From assembly GCA_964658305.1 (NCBI GenBank), contig OZ210885.1, positions 23,808,001-23,872,000 on the forward strand: a stretch of 64,000 bases of DNA, written 5' to 3'. The stretch's first letter is position 1. Every line of letters starts with the position of its first letter. The notes under the pieces are model-generated. The model was not told where the DNA came from. It saw only the letters and a list, made by a program, of their open reading frames with translations, and made no database searches. The stretch is from Leptogorgia sarmentosa. Its lineage: Eukaryota. Both the position numbers and the translations under genes were made by a program. Shown one piece after another: positions 23,115 through 37,248 of the stretch.

Positions 23115-25339
23115 ATCCGATCAAAAACACGAACAAAAAGGAGCCATATCAATTCGATAAACTCAGTGTAGGTACTTAATTAACACTAGCGAGTTTAAGT
23201 TTGATGCCAGATACCAATACCGATGACTCATTCTCATCCTTAGTTCTACCACTAGTTTGAATTGTACAAATTATTAACATGTAATCCAATGCCAAGGTTG
23301 AAATGAAGAATTGGACAACTGATGATTGTCTTGAGAAGACAATGCTCTTTATTTTCTACTATAATACTATTACTGATAGCGAGCTTGTATAAATTCTATG
23401 TTTATGGTATGCCGTACATGTGGGAATTTAACAGGGTTTGTCTGTCAAGTTGTTGCAGCAATAGGAGCATGTGTTTTAACTTTTAAATAATAACGGCAAA
23501 TATGGAGCATATGATTACAAGGAATTCATGGGAGACGTCACCACATCAACTATTACCTCATCGAAATATCACACAGACATCCGAGCACCGATTAATACTA
23601 TCAGTCACGCATGTGACGTCACTGCTGTTCATTAGTATGACGTAACGTGTGTAACTGACAGTATTTGTTGAGATGCCGTGAAAATATCGTGTTCGTAATC
23701 TAACTGTGAAGTTTGGCCATTTATATAATAATCCTATATGTCTTTACTGAATGGTTTCATTCCAACAACTTGTGGAAATAACAAATATACAAATGGCTTG
23801 TTTCCCTTTGTTCATAAAAACAGGTGTACCTGTTACAACAGCTAAAGAATTTTGATTTAAAATAATTTTGCATACATATATTTCATCTTAGTTTCAGTTC
23901 TAAATTTAGCGTGTAAAAGTGAATGAGAATAATCTATTCCTACGATGTTATGAAACTGTTTTAAAATCAGGAAAAATCAAGTTTGGTGATTGCAAAAACT
24001 TTTATTTGAAGCAGGTATATCTCTGCTTTTATTTATATACATATAGAGAGTGCTATTTGTTTATATATATTATAACATTGTTGAAAAAATATTGTTTTAA
24101 TATTTATCTAATGACGATGTTACTAACACGACTAAAAATTAAAACTTCGACATCTCACCTTTACGAACAGTACCGTGTGAACACTCTGCAGCCGTAGGTT
24201 TGTAAAGTGCCATATAGACTGAGGTATTATATTCAAGGCGTTAATATAATGCAGTTCCTCATTATAATCAGTCGCTTCTTCTTCCTAGCCCGATTAGCTC
24301 ATCCCGGTGGAAAAGTCATATTCAAATCACACATTCATTCGTCTTGTAAACAACTGAATAAATATTTCAATCTCTAAATATAGGCATGTATTCATACTTG
24401 TTGTTAATTTCAGATTGAAAATTATTATTTTGATTATTTAATGAAAACATAAAGACTTGCAGGATAATCTTCCGGGATTTATCGACTGTTTAAGCTAAAC
24501 GGGCTACAAACCCGTCCCGTATACAAATATATACACTGACATTTTTTTCAAAATGGCGGTTTACCGAATAGCCATACTGTGAATCACCTTTAATTGTAAT
24601 CACATGGCCTTCGCGAGTTAATCACAACTTTCGCATCTAGATGTAATCGGGACTAATCGCGACTTTGTGGCCTCGATTGGGTATAAAGTTATAGGATTAG
24701 CGATAATGAGCTGCAATTCTACAAAACATATAGTTGATGATAAGCTGCCACGATTGGGTTTCGGGTTAGGATTAGTGAGCTGCAATCTACAAACATGTAG
24801 TTCATGATAAACTGAAACATATGAAATACAAACTGGGATGCATAATTATAACAGATTTAAAAAAAAAACGAAGGCTGAGTCGCTGAGAAACTAAAGAGAG
24901 TGTTTGATATGATTGCGGGAAATATCAAAATATACGAAAAGTTCAAGGATTAAAATACACATGAAAAATGAAGCTATATGATTAAAATATATACGATTAA
25001 ATGACAACGAGAGATTATGATTTCAATAATATCACTCGCACTGTACGTAAACAAGATTATGTGTTTGGTAATGAAACTCCTGCCTTCGAAAACTAGCATG
25101 AGTGAAACATGAGTCGAGTGTGAATCAATGATTATCCGGAAATTGACGCATGTATATAGTTACAGTTGCTAGGTAACGGACTAGCAAAATTGTAATATTG
25201 CATAAATTTCAATTCATAGTCAGCGGGAGTCTTCTCTTAAATGTTTAAAAAAAATCAAAAACGACCAGATTTTCGAGGAGAGAAGGGAAAATAAAAAAGT
25301 AACAATTCAAGTTTAGTTGGAAAATGATTTGTCCACTTT

Positions 25340-26713
<1,374 letters not shown>

Positions 26714-26714
26714 T

Positions 26715-28100
26715 TAGAGAATGGCAAGGATGTATTCGAACATGGTGCGAATAAAATGTCCTTGTTTGGCTCTGACAATTTTAATACTGCAGTACTGTTT
26801 CTTCTGTTAGACGGCGGCCAGTCGGTCGTTGGAACGTAGGTTCGTTCGTACGGACAATAGTGGAAACTTAGTAGTTTTTTTCTAATCTTACAGGATACAT
26901 TATTTTTTCCGAGTGTGGTACCAGAAGTTTCCGATCCAGCCCTTGGGCAGAACATTCCAACGCGATTGATAGAGGCTGGAGCTCCGTCAACAGTCGATAG
27001 ATACTCTAGAGCTTTCGTTGCATTCAAGGTTTCGACGGAAAAGTTCGCTGAGTTGAAAACCTTCCCAGCAGTTGTCTGGACTGTATGTCTGTATTTTGAA
27101 CATCTTGTTCAAAATAATTGCCCCTATTCTAGACTTGAATCTGCATTTTATGGCATAAATTGGGCTCATGATTTGTACGGTCTAGAAAATCCTTGCGCGT
27201 CAAAGCTTGTCAAAAATTACTTAGAAGCTACTGAAAGAAGATTAGCTAAGTCAGTCAAGAAGAAGGAACCTGTTACAATGGAAATGATCACCCAACTTTG
27301 TCACAAATTTGCAGGGGATGATGCTAGTCTTTCAGATCTTCGTCTTGCTGCTATATGTGTGACCAGTTTTCATGCCTTTAAGGTTCAATGAACTCGCCAG
27401 TTTGCGTTGTTGTGATGTGACATTTGTCAGTCATGACACAAATACGCGTTTTGTAGAATTATATATGGTCGTGTACAGGGATGGCAACAAAGTGCTTATG
27501 ACCGAATGAAATGATAGTTGTTGTCCTTTCAATATATTATCAACATATGTGAAGATTTCGGGTATCAATTTAACTTCGACGGAACCGTTCTTCAGAGCTG
27601 TCTATTTTTGTAAGTCTAAGGGAGTGTATAGGTTGCGTTCGACTGGACTATCCTATTCAAGGACAAGACAGATTGTCCTGGCTGCGTTTGCTGCCTTAGG
27701 ATATCCTGTTAACGTTTTTGGGCTTCATAGCCTCCGAAGTGGCGGGGCAACTTTGGCAGCTAATGCGGGCGTGAATGACCGCTTATTCAAACGGCACGGT
27801 CGCTGGAAATCAGAAACTGCCAAAGATGGTTACGTGAAGGATAATCTAGATTCGTTACTTTCTGTCTCAGGTTTGCATGTACGTTAAGTTTGCATGATTA
27901 TGTGTGTTAACATTAAATAAATGCCCTTTTGTTATTCGTTTTTAGCTTTCTTTATAAGTGGGCGTAACAATGAGATGCCCGCTTCCTACACTGTTTTCTG
28001 TTGTTTTGTTCTAATGCAGTTTAGCTAGAAAATAATTTATACTCGGTCACAGGGTGTTAGAGTATAAATGAATTTTTTAGCGTTACGGAATGTAAATGTA
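26715..28100 (+). mobile_element. DIRS-like element 3' remnant with tyrosine recombinase
   Basis: APSTVDRYSRAF, SAFYGINWAH, KKEPVT, DLRLAA..F.RFNEL, GLHSLRSGGATLAANAG..FKRHGRWKSETAKDGY (R-HxxR-H-Y catalytic set); frameshifts and a stop. The right boundary is approximate. Confidence 0.9.
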
Positions 28101-31100
28101 TTCTGTATTCTGTACAATGGTAGAACAAGGCAATAGGTATTTTGGGATTACAGCTAGTGAGTATTTAAAGATCTTCGTAAGTGAGCAAGTCATTCAAAGG
28201 CATCTCTCAACCATGCATATATTGACATGAATTTATCTTTTAAGTGTCTCCACGGCTGAACAGATCATTCAGATCACTTTTCAGGGATATCACGTCAAGC
28301 TCAAGGCGGTTGGATACCGGAATCTTTGCTGAACAAGAATAATCTACAAAAATTGGCTGAACTTATGCTAGATGGTGCATGTGAACTGACCGATGAAATG
28401 AACTAAATAAATGAACATTGAAGAGAAAATTGTTCAAGACAATGTGTGAAATCACAGCCTTGACAGGACTCTTGACGTTGCATGTGAAAAGGCCTAATTT
28501 GTCACAAAGAAAATCATTCAAATGCATCCTGATGTGGTTGCTTTTTCATTTTACCGTAAATACTTGCTGGTTTTATTTCTCAGTTGGGATCCCTTATGAT
28601 TTTACATGTATAATGCAAATGAATTTTCTTGTCAAACAGGGGCCAAACCACACGCATTCAGCTGATGGCCATGACAAGCTAATGGATTCATGAAGTCCAC
28701 ATTCCCATTAGCTGTATATGGATTACAAGATGCTTTTAGTGGCTTTACCCTATATTTAAAAATATGGCCAAGAAATTCCGATCCAAAAATTATTGGCCGA
28801 TGGTACTTGGAGCATTTATACCATGTAAAGAGTAAGATTTTTCATGAATTCCTCCATTGGTATGAATGTTTTCATTTATTTATCTGCTATGTTAAAATGT
28901 GAATTTCAACTCCAAACAGGATATAGGATCGAGACACATAATGTGTAAATTTATGCAAAAAGGTGCCCGGATGTTGGCATTTCGTATTCCATGTGCTCGG
29001 TATATTTTTGCACATAGTTTGACTGGTGGTTTTTTTAAGTCGTTTATCCTTATTTCAATTTATTAAGCCATATAAGGTAAAGTGTTATTATAGTCTATTG
29101 GTGTATTGCTTGTTCAAAGGGATATAACGGTTCGGACTGAACAATAATTATTTATTTTAGAACCGTACAATCCATTGCTGTATATTGCCGTGTGTTAAAT
29201 AAAACAATATTAAACGGTATTGGGTATGTGTGTCTCGTACTAGGTCAACAACATAAGCTGGGTTTTATTTCGGAGCTTATACAGGAGAAGGAACTGATTT
29301 AATGTAAAGTGTAAATGTACTTGATTTTTTTGTAGTGATAAGCAAACACCTCAGGTTAGATAAAGGTACTGAGACGGGACACATGGCTACCATTCATGCA
29401 TTTATAAGGCAGGCACAAGGTGATACTGATGAAGCAGCTGGCACAGTTCGCTATGGTCCATCTACCAGCAACAAGGTATAGCAGAAGCCTGAGACTTGAT
29501 ACACTTGGTACATAATATATGCTGTAATTTCTATTTTAATTTAGATTGAGAGATGGTGGCAAGAGCTACACCAGCGATTAGAGAAATTTTTCAAAACGCA
29601 GCTCATGGTGTTGTTAGACAGGGCCATTATGACCCTGACCCCGAATGATATACGACTCCTACCATGTAATGTATGATGTATGTCCTTGAATGTATGCACT
29701 ATGTCGATTGATTGTCTGAAAAAAGTATATTCTAGGATGTACCTATATTAAACGTATACGATTCTATTTGCAGCTTTTTTATTGGTATAATCCAGACTAT
29801 TTTGCTTCAATTATTAATTAGCTGCAAATTACATTTACACATTTCAACAAACTACTGTTGGCATTCATTTACATTCCTGTAATCAAAAAAGAATTGGAAA
29901 CTTTCCGGGAAACTATATGGAATTCGCATCGGGTGAGGAGTAAAAAAGAAGCCAAAAGGAATGCCGAGCCATCTTTATTCCTTTCCAGAACAATATGGAG
30001 CAGAGGAATATTGAGGAATATGCAGTAGCCGCAGTATAATCTTGGACAAGTGTAAGTGACACTTATACATATCGAGTAAATAATTATTTGGGTTATTTAG
30101 TTTCTGATTAAAATACAATAAATCCTGAAACCAAGTTTGTACTGTTAAATTTCTACGTATTCGTCGCTACATCATCTGAAAACTTATCATCAGTTGTGGC
30201 GAAGTCCTCGTAGAAAGATGTCAGAAGACAATAAGGAGAAAGAGAAGGCCAAGAATGTCCGTAGAGCTGCAAAGGGAGTGCTTACGAGGGTTCTTAATAC
30301 AGGAAGAATGATGCTACAGGCAAAACGCTCACAAGCCGAAATTCAAGTTACAGCACAGGATGCAAAGAACGCTTACGACAGTCTAGCGAGTAAACACGAC
30401 GAGTACACAATGTTTTTAGATGACACAGGGTACGAAGAAGCTGAAAACTGGATGGACCAATGCACACACGAGTACACTGAATTTATGATTACATTTAAGG
30501 ACTATGAGAACCATGAAATGAAAGGAACCCCTGTAACACCGCATCAAGAAGTATATGAAGTAAATGAGGTTTCGAGCGACACTGGAAGCGAACAAGATTC
30601 GAATGAACATGCCCCACTACAGGAGAGTGACGAACCTAAGGACGGTGAAAGTAGTTCAGCTAAGTCATTCTCATCAAAGTCCAGAGTATTGAAGCATGAA
30701 AGACCTAAGCCCCCCCAATTCTTAGGCGACGTTCGAAAATATTTTATATTCAAAGCTGATTTCCAACATGCAATTGAGTCGCAATGTTCTGAGAGAGATG
30801 CCATTACCATACTTAGTTCCTGTCTCGGTCCAGAGCCCTCCAAGTTAGTCGAAGGTATAAGCACAGAATTGAAAGTGATGTGGCAATATTTAGATCAAAA
30901 CTATGGGGACCCAAGAATTATTTTGGACACTGTCACTGCCGACATTGAAAAATTTAAGCCCATCCAAGAGGGAGAGGATCACAAATTTTGTGAGTTGGTC
31001 AATCTTGTGAGAAGAAATATAAGAAATATCATATAAGAAATATCTTGTGATAATATTTTGAAAGAAATAAAACGACCTCAGGATATCAACAACAGTCATG

Positions 31101-33076
31101 TTATCTCGCTCATTGAACGTAAAATGACCAAAGATGATATAAAGATTTGGGCTCGCCACCAGCATGCTCAAAAAATAGAACCGCCTTGGAGAGTCTTCTC
31201 AAATGGATGGAAGATGAAATGAGTGCCAGGTTGCGCTCAGGTGCAACTATTCGAAAGGTACGATCATCCGTAAGTACAGCCGTGCGGAGCCAAGAGCCAG
31301 GTCGGAACAAGACTACCTGCTACGTGTGCAATGCCGTACACTACGTTTATGAGTGTCCGAAGTTTCTAGCCATGTCCACTAATGAAAGATGGAAAATAGT
31401 TAAAGAGCAAAAGGGCTGCTTTTCCTGTCTAAAACGAAGTAAAGGACACTCAGCAACTAACTGTCTACGCAGGCGAGAATGTCCCGAGAGAAAACAAGAT
31501 GGGAATCAATGAAAGAAACCCCATCATAAGCTCCTACACCTGGACGAAAGTATCTCCCCTAACCGTGTCAGCTGTGTTCAAGACGACAGTCAAGTTTTAC
31601 TGCCTACCATTTCTGGAAGGGTAAAGGGATACAACAGCGAAGTAGTTGAAGCCAACATCTTCCACGACAGTGGAGCACAAATCAGCATGATACGGAGTGA
31701 TTACGTGGAGTCATTAAATCTGGAAAGCAAGCCAATCTGGATTTTCATCACCAAAGTTGGCGGAGTAGAAGAGGATATGAACACAAACCTGTACAAAGTG
31801 CCAGTCTGTAGAGAATAAGGTAGTAGCGTTCAAAGGATATCGGAAGACATGCCAGCTGTCAACGTAAACCACCTGTCTGCCATCCTCGCAATTCCGCAAT
31901 GCAAACTGAAACGCAAACCAGGCCCCATAGATCTGCTCATAGGAATCAACTATTCCCGGTTTCATACTGGAGAGACAAGAGTGAAAGGGAATCTGGTGGC
32001 AAGAAACAGTCCCATAGGCTGGGTTGTCTTTGGTTTGAATGCAGAGTGTATTATGCCAAACATCAAGCAAATTCTCCATATCTGTGTTGCTACTCCAGTT
32101 GACCTTACATCCTTCTGGAGCACCGAATCCATGGGCGTTGCCATATCGCCATGTACCTGTAAAGAAGCAGAGCTCCCTCCAGCAGAAAGAGTGGTGCTCA
32201 AAGAAATCGAAGAATCCTGTCAAATGCAAAACGGAAAGTGGATAATGAAATATCGATGGAAGAAGGATCCGCAATCTTTGCCGAATAACTACCGACAAGT
32301 GCTGAAAAGGCTTGAAACCACTGAGCAACGACTGGCCAACCAACCCGAATACGCTAACAGCTATAATGAGCAAATCGAAGAAATGGAACAGTTAGGATTT
32401 GCAAGGAAGCTCAACAAGAAAGAAATGCAAGAGTGGAAAGGTCCAGTCCACTACATCTCCCACCATGCCATAGTTCTTCCGGAGAAGAAGTCCACCCCGG
32501 TGAGAATCGTGTTCAATAGTTCTGCCTCGTTCAATGGCCATTGTCTAAACGATTACTGGCACAAAGGACCCAATCTGCTGAACAACCTGTTTGGTGTCCT
32601 CCTACGATTCCGCGAAAACGCAGTCGCAGTATTTGGAGATATAGTAAAGATGTATCACATGATTGGAATCACCCCACCTGATCAACATGTTCATAGATTC
32701 CTTTGGCGAAGCTTTGAGACCGATAGAGAACCCGACACGTATGCCAAGACCGTTCTAACATTCGGAGATTGCCCCTCTCCCACAATGGCCATCACGGCAA
32801 TGCGAAAGACTGCAGACATGAACCAAGAAAGTTAGCCCAGAGCCGCCAAAGCCATAAATAAGAACACCTATGTCGACGATATATGCGACTTAGTTTCGTC
32901 TGCAGAAGAAGCGTCAACCCTAACGGCCGACATTGACGAAGTGCTCAAATCAGGTGGATTCAGCGTAAAGAAATGGATTAAAAGTGCAGAAACAAACGGA
33001 GTCAATTTGGACGAAATTGTGCTAGATAACAAAACTGAAGCGTAAAAGGTTCGTGGCGCAGTTTGGAATCCAAATG

Positions 33077-36000
33077 TATAGTGTTGTCAGCTCACACACA
33101 GATACAGATAACTAACTTTATTGCTAAATGTACATGGCTTATATAGCCCTAATAGATTAGCTAATGTATGTTAATATATTCTAATTAATTACAAATATTA
33201 TATCCCTTCCCCCTTTTTTTTTGTCTTTTTTTTCAAAAGCAAATTGTTCGACTATTTATTATAAAGTTAATGTTTATAAATACGGTTCGATTATTTGTCT
33301 ATAAATTTAAGCGTTCGGGAGCTTTCCTACGTCCTAATGGATACCTCCGCTGTGGTTGAACTTCTTGTTGTACCGGATCCTGTTGTGCTGGTTCTGCGTC
33401 ATCATCTGTGGAATCGTTGTCTGACTGTTCATCATTCACCGCATATTTCCTGATTAACTTAAAGTGAGACGAGTTCCTAGTTATCTCATGGTCCTGTCTC
33501 TTTGCAGTCACCATCGTGCCTTTTACTGCTACTACTCTGTAAGGCTTCGGATCAAATGGTGTCATCAACTTGTTACATTTCTTTTGTCTAACAAAAACGA
33601 TATCTCCAGCCGTTATCTCTCGTGGTTTAGCATGATTGGTAAAGTCTGCATTCTTCTTCATCTTTCGCTTGTTCTTGTCATCTTCTTCTTGAGCTCTTTC
33701 ATGTAATCCATTCTGGGTTGTTGACATACACTGTGGCAGCTTGGTTCGAAGTTTCCTTCCAAATAACAGTACCCCTGGAGAAAGCTTAGTCGTCGAATGT
33801 GGCGTCGCTCTATAGTTCCTGAGAAACTTCGGCAACTCTTGTTTCCAGTCTCGCCCTTGAATGTGTTCTGTTCTTATCGCTTTTTGGACGGTCTTCATAA
33901 AGCGTTCTGCTTCTGCATTCGCTTGCGGCCAGTAAGGTGTTATCTTTCTGTGCCTAAAATTAAACTCTTTCGCAAAATTAGCAAAATCCTGACTGTTGAA
34001 CGGGGGCCCATTATCTGACTTCACTTCTAGTGGAATACCGTATTCCGCAAAAATCTTATCTAGCTTTGCCAACACTGTTTTTGCAGTTATTGATCTTACT
34101 ATTTCTACGATTGGAAACCGAGAGTATTTGTCAACTAACACGATCAAATATTCTCCAGTTGGCATGGGGCCACAAAAGTCAATATCAACCTTTTCCCAAG
34201 GTCCATCAGGTAACTTAGACATCTTGAGAGGTTCTGTGCTATTTTTAGGAGTGGCAGCTAGGCAGGGAATACATTGGCCTGACTGTCTTTCAACTAATTT
34301 ATCCATTTGAGGAAACCACACCTTCTCTCTAAGTAATGACTTAGTTTTTGACATACCCTGATGGCCTTCGTGAGCCAATGTTACTAATCTGTTCTGTAGC
34401 TTAGACGGAATAACAATTCGTGACCCTCGTAATACCAGTCCTTGTAATGTGACAGTTAATTCACCAGTGATTTCAGGTCCTCAAGGTTTTCAACAGTAAT
34501 GGTTCTACCAACTTCATACCATTTTCCACTCTGAATAAGTTTTTTCACTGTTTGTAAGGTTTCATCCTGGTTCGTCTCTTCAATGATCTCCTGTAAATTC
34601 ATAGCTTTTGGTACTGCGTGAGTCGTGAGAAAATTGACATATTGTTCAGTTAGTTTCTGTTCCTCGTTTGCTGAGGGCTTCCAGGGATGTCTAGACATAA
34701 AATCAGCTGGATTACAAGCCCCTGGTCGATATTTGACCTTAAAACTATATTCTTGCAAATGTAATCCCCAGCGTTCAATCCTAGCTGGTGGTTTGGACTT
34801 TGGGTTATTAAATATAAGCTCCAATGGCTTATGATCAGTAATTAGGTCAAATGTTGTTCCATAAAGATATGTATGAAACTTTTCACAGCCCCAAACTATT
34901 GCGAGAGCCTCCTTCTCCGTCTGTGAGTACCGACTTTCAGTATCGGAGAGTGCTCTACTTGCATAAGCAACTACCTTGAATTGATTAACCTCCGATTGTT
35001 TTTGGGCTAATATCGCACCCAGTCCCCCTGGACCAGCATCAACTATTACTTCTGTTTGTTTACTTGGATCAAAGTACGCCATTACTGACCTGCTGGTGAG
35101 ATTTCTCTTGATTTCGTCCAAAGCTTGTTGATGTCTGGAATTCCATTGCCACCTAGCGTTCTTCCTAGTAAGCTCTCGTAATGGTGCTGTTATTGACGCA
35201 TAATCAGGTATAAATCGTGAAACGTAGTTCACTAATCCAAGTAGACTACGGAGCTCTGTTGCATTTCTAGGATTGGAAGCATTTTGAATGCTTTCAATTT
35301 TCTTTGGATCTGCAGAAACACCTTTGGCAGAGAACACATATCCATAAAATTCAATTGTTGTTTTGTTAAACTCACACTTGTCTTTGTTTAAAGTTAAATT
35401 ATGCTCCCAAAGTCGTTGTAACACTGCTACTAATGCTGCATCATGCTCTGCTTGGGTTTTACCATATACTATAATGTCATCGGATATGTTTTTCATCTAC
35501 TGTAGGAGTTAAGTGGCGTTCACGTTGCACTGCCATATTCGCTTTTCGCATGTCCACACATATGCATACTTCATCAGGGTTCTTAGGTTTTGGAAAAACT
35601 ACTATAGGACTTACCCAAGGTGTTGGACCATTTGCTTTTTCTCTAAATCGTCAAGGGAAGTTTCAACTTTCTTTCGAATGTGGAATGGAATTCTTCTGTG
35701 ACGTTGAGCTACGGGTTGCACCGACTTATCAATATGAATCTCCACTTGATGGTTTTTTAGTTTACCAATTCCCTGAAAAACATCTGTGTAGCTGTCCACC
35801 AACTCTTGTTGAACTGTATTAATATCATGAACTTTGATCAATCCAAGTTCTTGGGCCGTTTCATATCCCAGAAGTGAGCCACTAGCTTTGCTTGCAACAA
35901 AGAAAGTTCCAATAGTTACTTTACGCTTAGATTCAACTGCAGCTTGAAATTGTCCCAGGACTTTGATTGGTGTGTCAGACCCATAGGAGTTTAGCTTGAT

Positions 36001-37248
36001 TTTAGACGGTTGTAATTTGATCCATGGTCTCTTGCGTGATAGAACTTGATATGCTGCTTCATCGAGAATGTTTACACTTGCACCCGAGTCGATAAGCATT
36101 CTGATTTCAGTCGTTTCAAATTTCACTGTAGTCTTTGGCAACTTATTTTGACCCTCGAGTTTCTCTTCATTGGTTGCATTCGCTACTTGTGGTCGAACAG
36201 CAAATAAATACTCGTCGTCTGAACTAGAACTGTCCTGATACGACTGCGATAATCCAGGTTGCTCAACCACCTTATTCACGTTGTCGATTGGTGTCTCGAC
36301 ATTTTTTTGCTGTGGTTCTACAATACTTCGCGAAATGATTTAATTTATTACACGCTCGGCAAGTTTTCCCTTTCGCAGGACACGGCTTTTCTTTAGGATG
36401 TGGAAATTTCCCACCACAATTGAAACACCGTTTTGACCTTTGACCATTGCACTGCTCTTTGTTCTTGTTCGGTCGACCATCACGCCTCCGTCCTGACTGA
36501 TATATTAGCTGTTGTTTTTGAACGCTATCTTGATCTCGTTCCATCTCCGATGCTTGAGTTTCTGACGTTTCTTGAGCCCTTCCATAATGTAGAAGTTCTT
36601 TAAGTGTTAACTTGGGATTCCTCAACGCTCTTCTGCGAAGCCGCGATGACTGACCGTTCCATACGATTTGTGATTTGATTTCTGCAGCTATGTCGGTAAA
36701 ATCACATGTAGATGCGAGCTGTCTTAGTCGTGTATAATACTGATCAAGTGTTTCGCTTGGTTGTTGTTGTGATCGACGGAATACATATCGTTCATATTCA
36801 ATGTTCTGCTGTGGTTTAAAGTACTCTGTTAGCTTTGCTTTCGCAATGTCGTAGTCCTTCGCCTCTCCTGTCTCCTCGAGCGTACGAAAGATTTTGTAGA
36901 CGTCTTCGCCTGCAAAGTGAATCATCATTGCTCGTTTTCTTGTTGCATCTTTGATATCCATTGCTGCCAAATAATTCTCAAAGCGATCCAACCACTCATT
37001 CCAGCGACTACCAACAGCAGTGGGATTATCCCCAATGATAAATGGTGGAAAGACCGGCGGTATTAACGAATGAGCCATCTTTGCTTCAAAATTTTTATTA
37101 AATTTTCATCCTCGTCGCCATTTATAGTGTTGTCAGCTCACGCACAGATACAGATAACTAACTTTATTGCTAAATGTACATGGCTTATATAGCCCTAATA
37201 GATTAGCTAATGTATGTTAATATATTCTAATTAATTACAAATATTACA
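33077..37248 (-). mobile_element. Ty3/Gypsy (Mag-like) element with both LTRs, nested in the BEL pol
   Basis: 126-bp LTRs at 33077-33202 and 37123-37248 differing at 2 positions; 5-bp TSD AAATG at 33072-33076 and 37249-37253; PPT; gag 36272-37078 (double Zn knuckle), protease LIDSGA, RT/RNase H (ISDD, DAGPGGLGA), integrase 33299-34378. Confidence 0.97.
37107..37120 (-). promoter_or_regulatory. Primer-binding site, complementary to the tRNA-Ser(GCU) 3' end
   Basis: TGGCGACGAGGATG, 2 nt inside the 5' LTR; matches the ...CATCCTCGTCGCCA 3' end of metazoan tRNA-Ser(GCU) as I recall it. Confidence 0.85.

Noticed and set aside
26915..27887. Phage integrase or prophage
   Set aside because: The recombinase is of DIRS-retroelement type and lies among intron-containing eukaryotic TEs; no phage genes.
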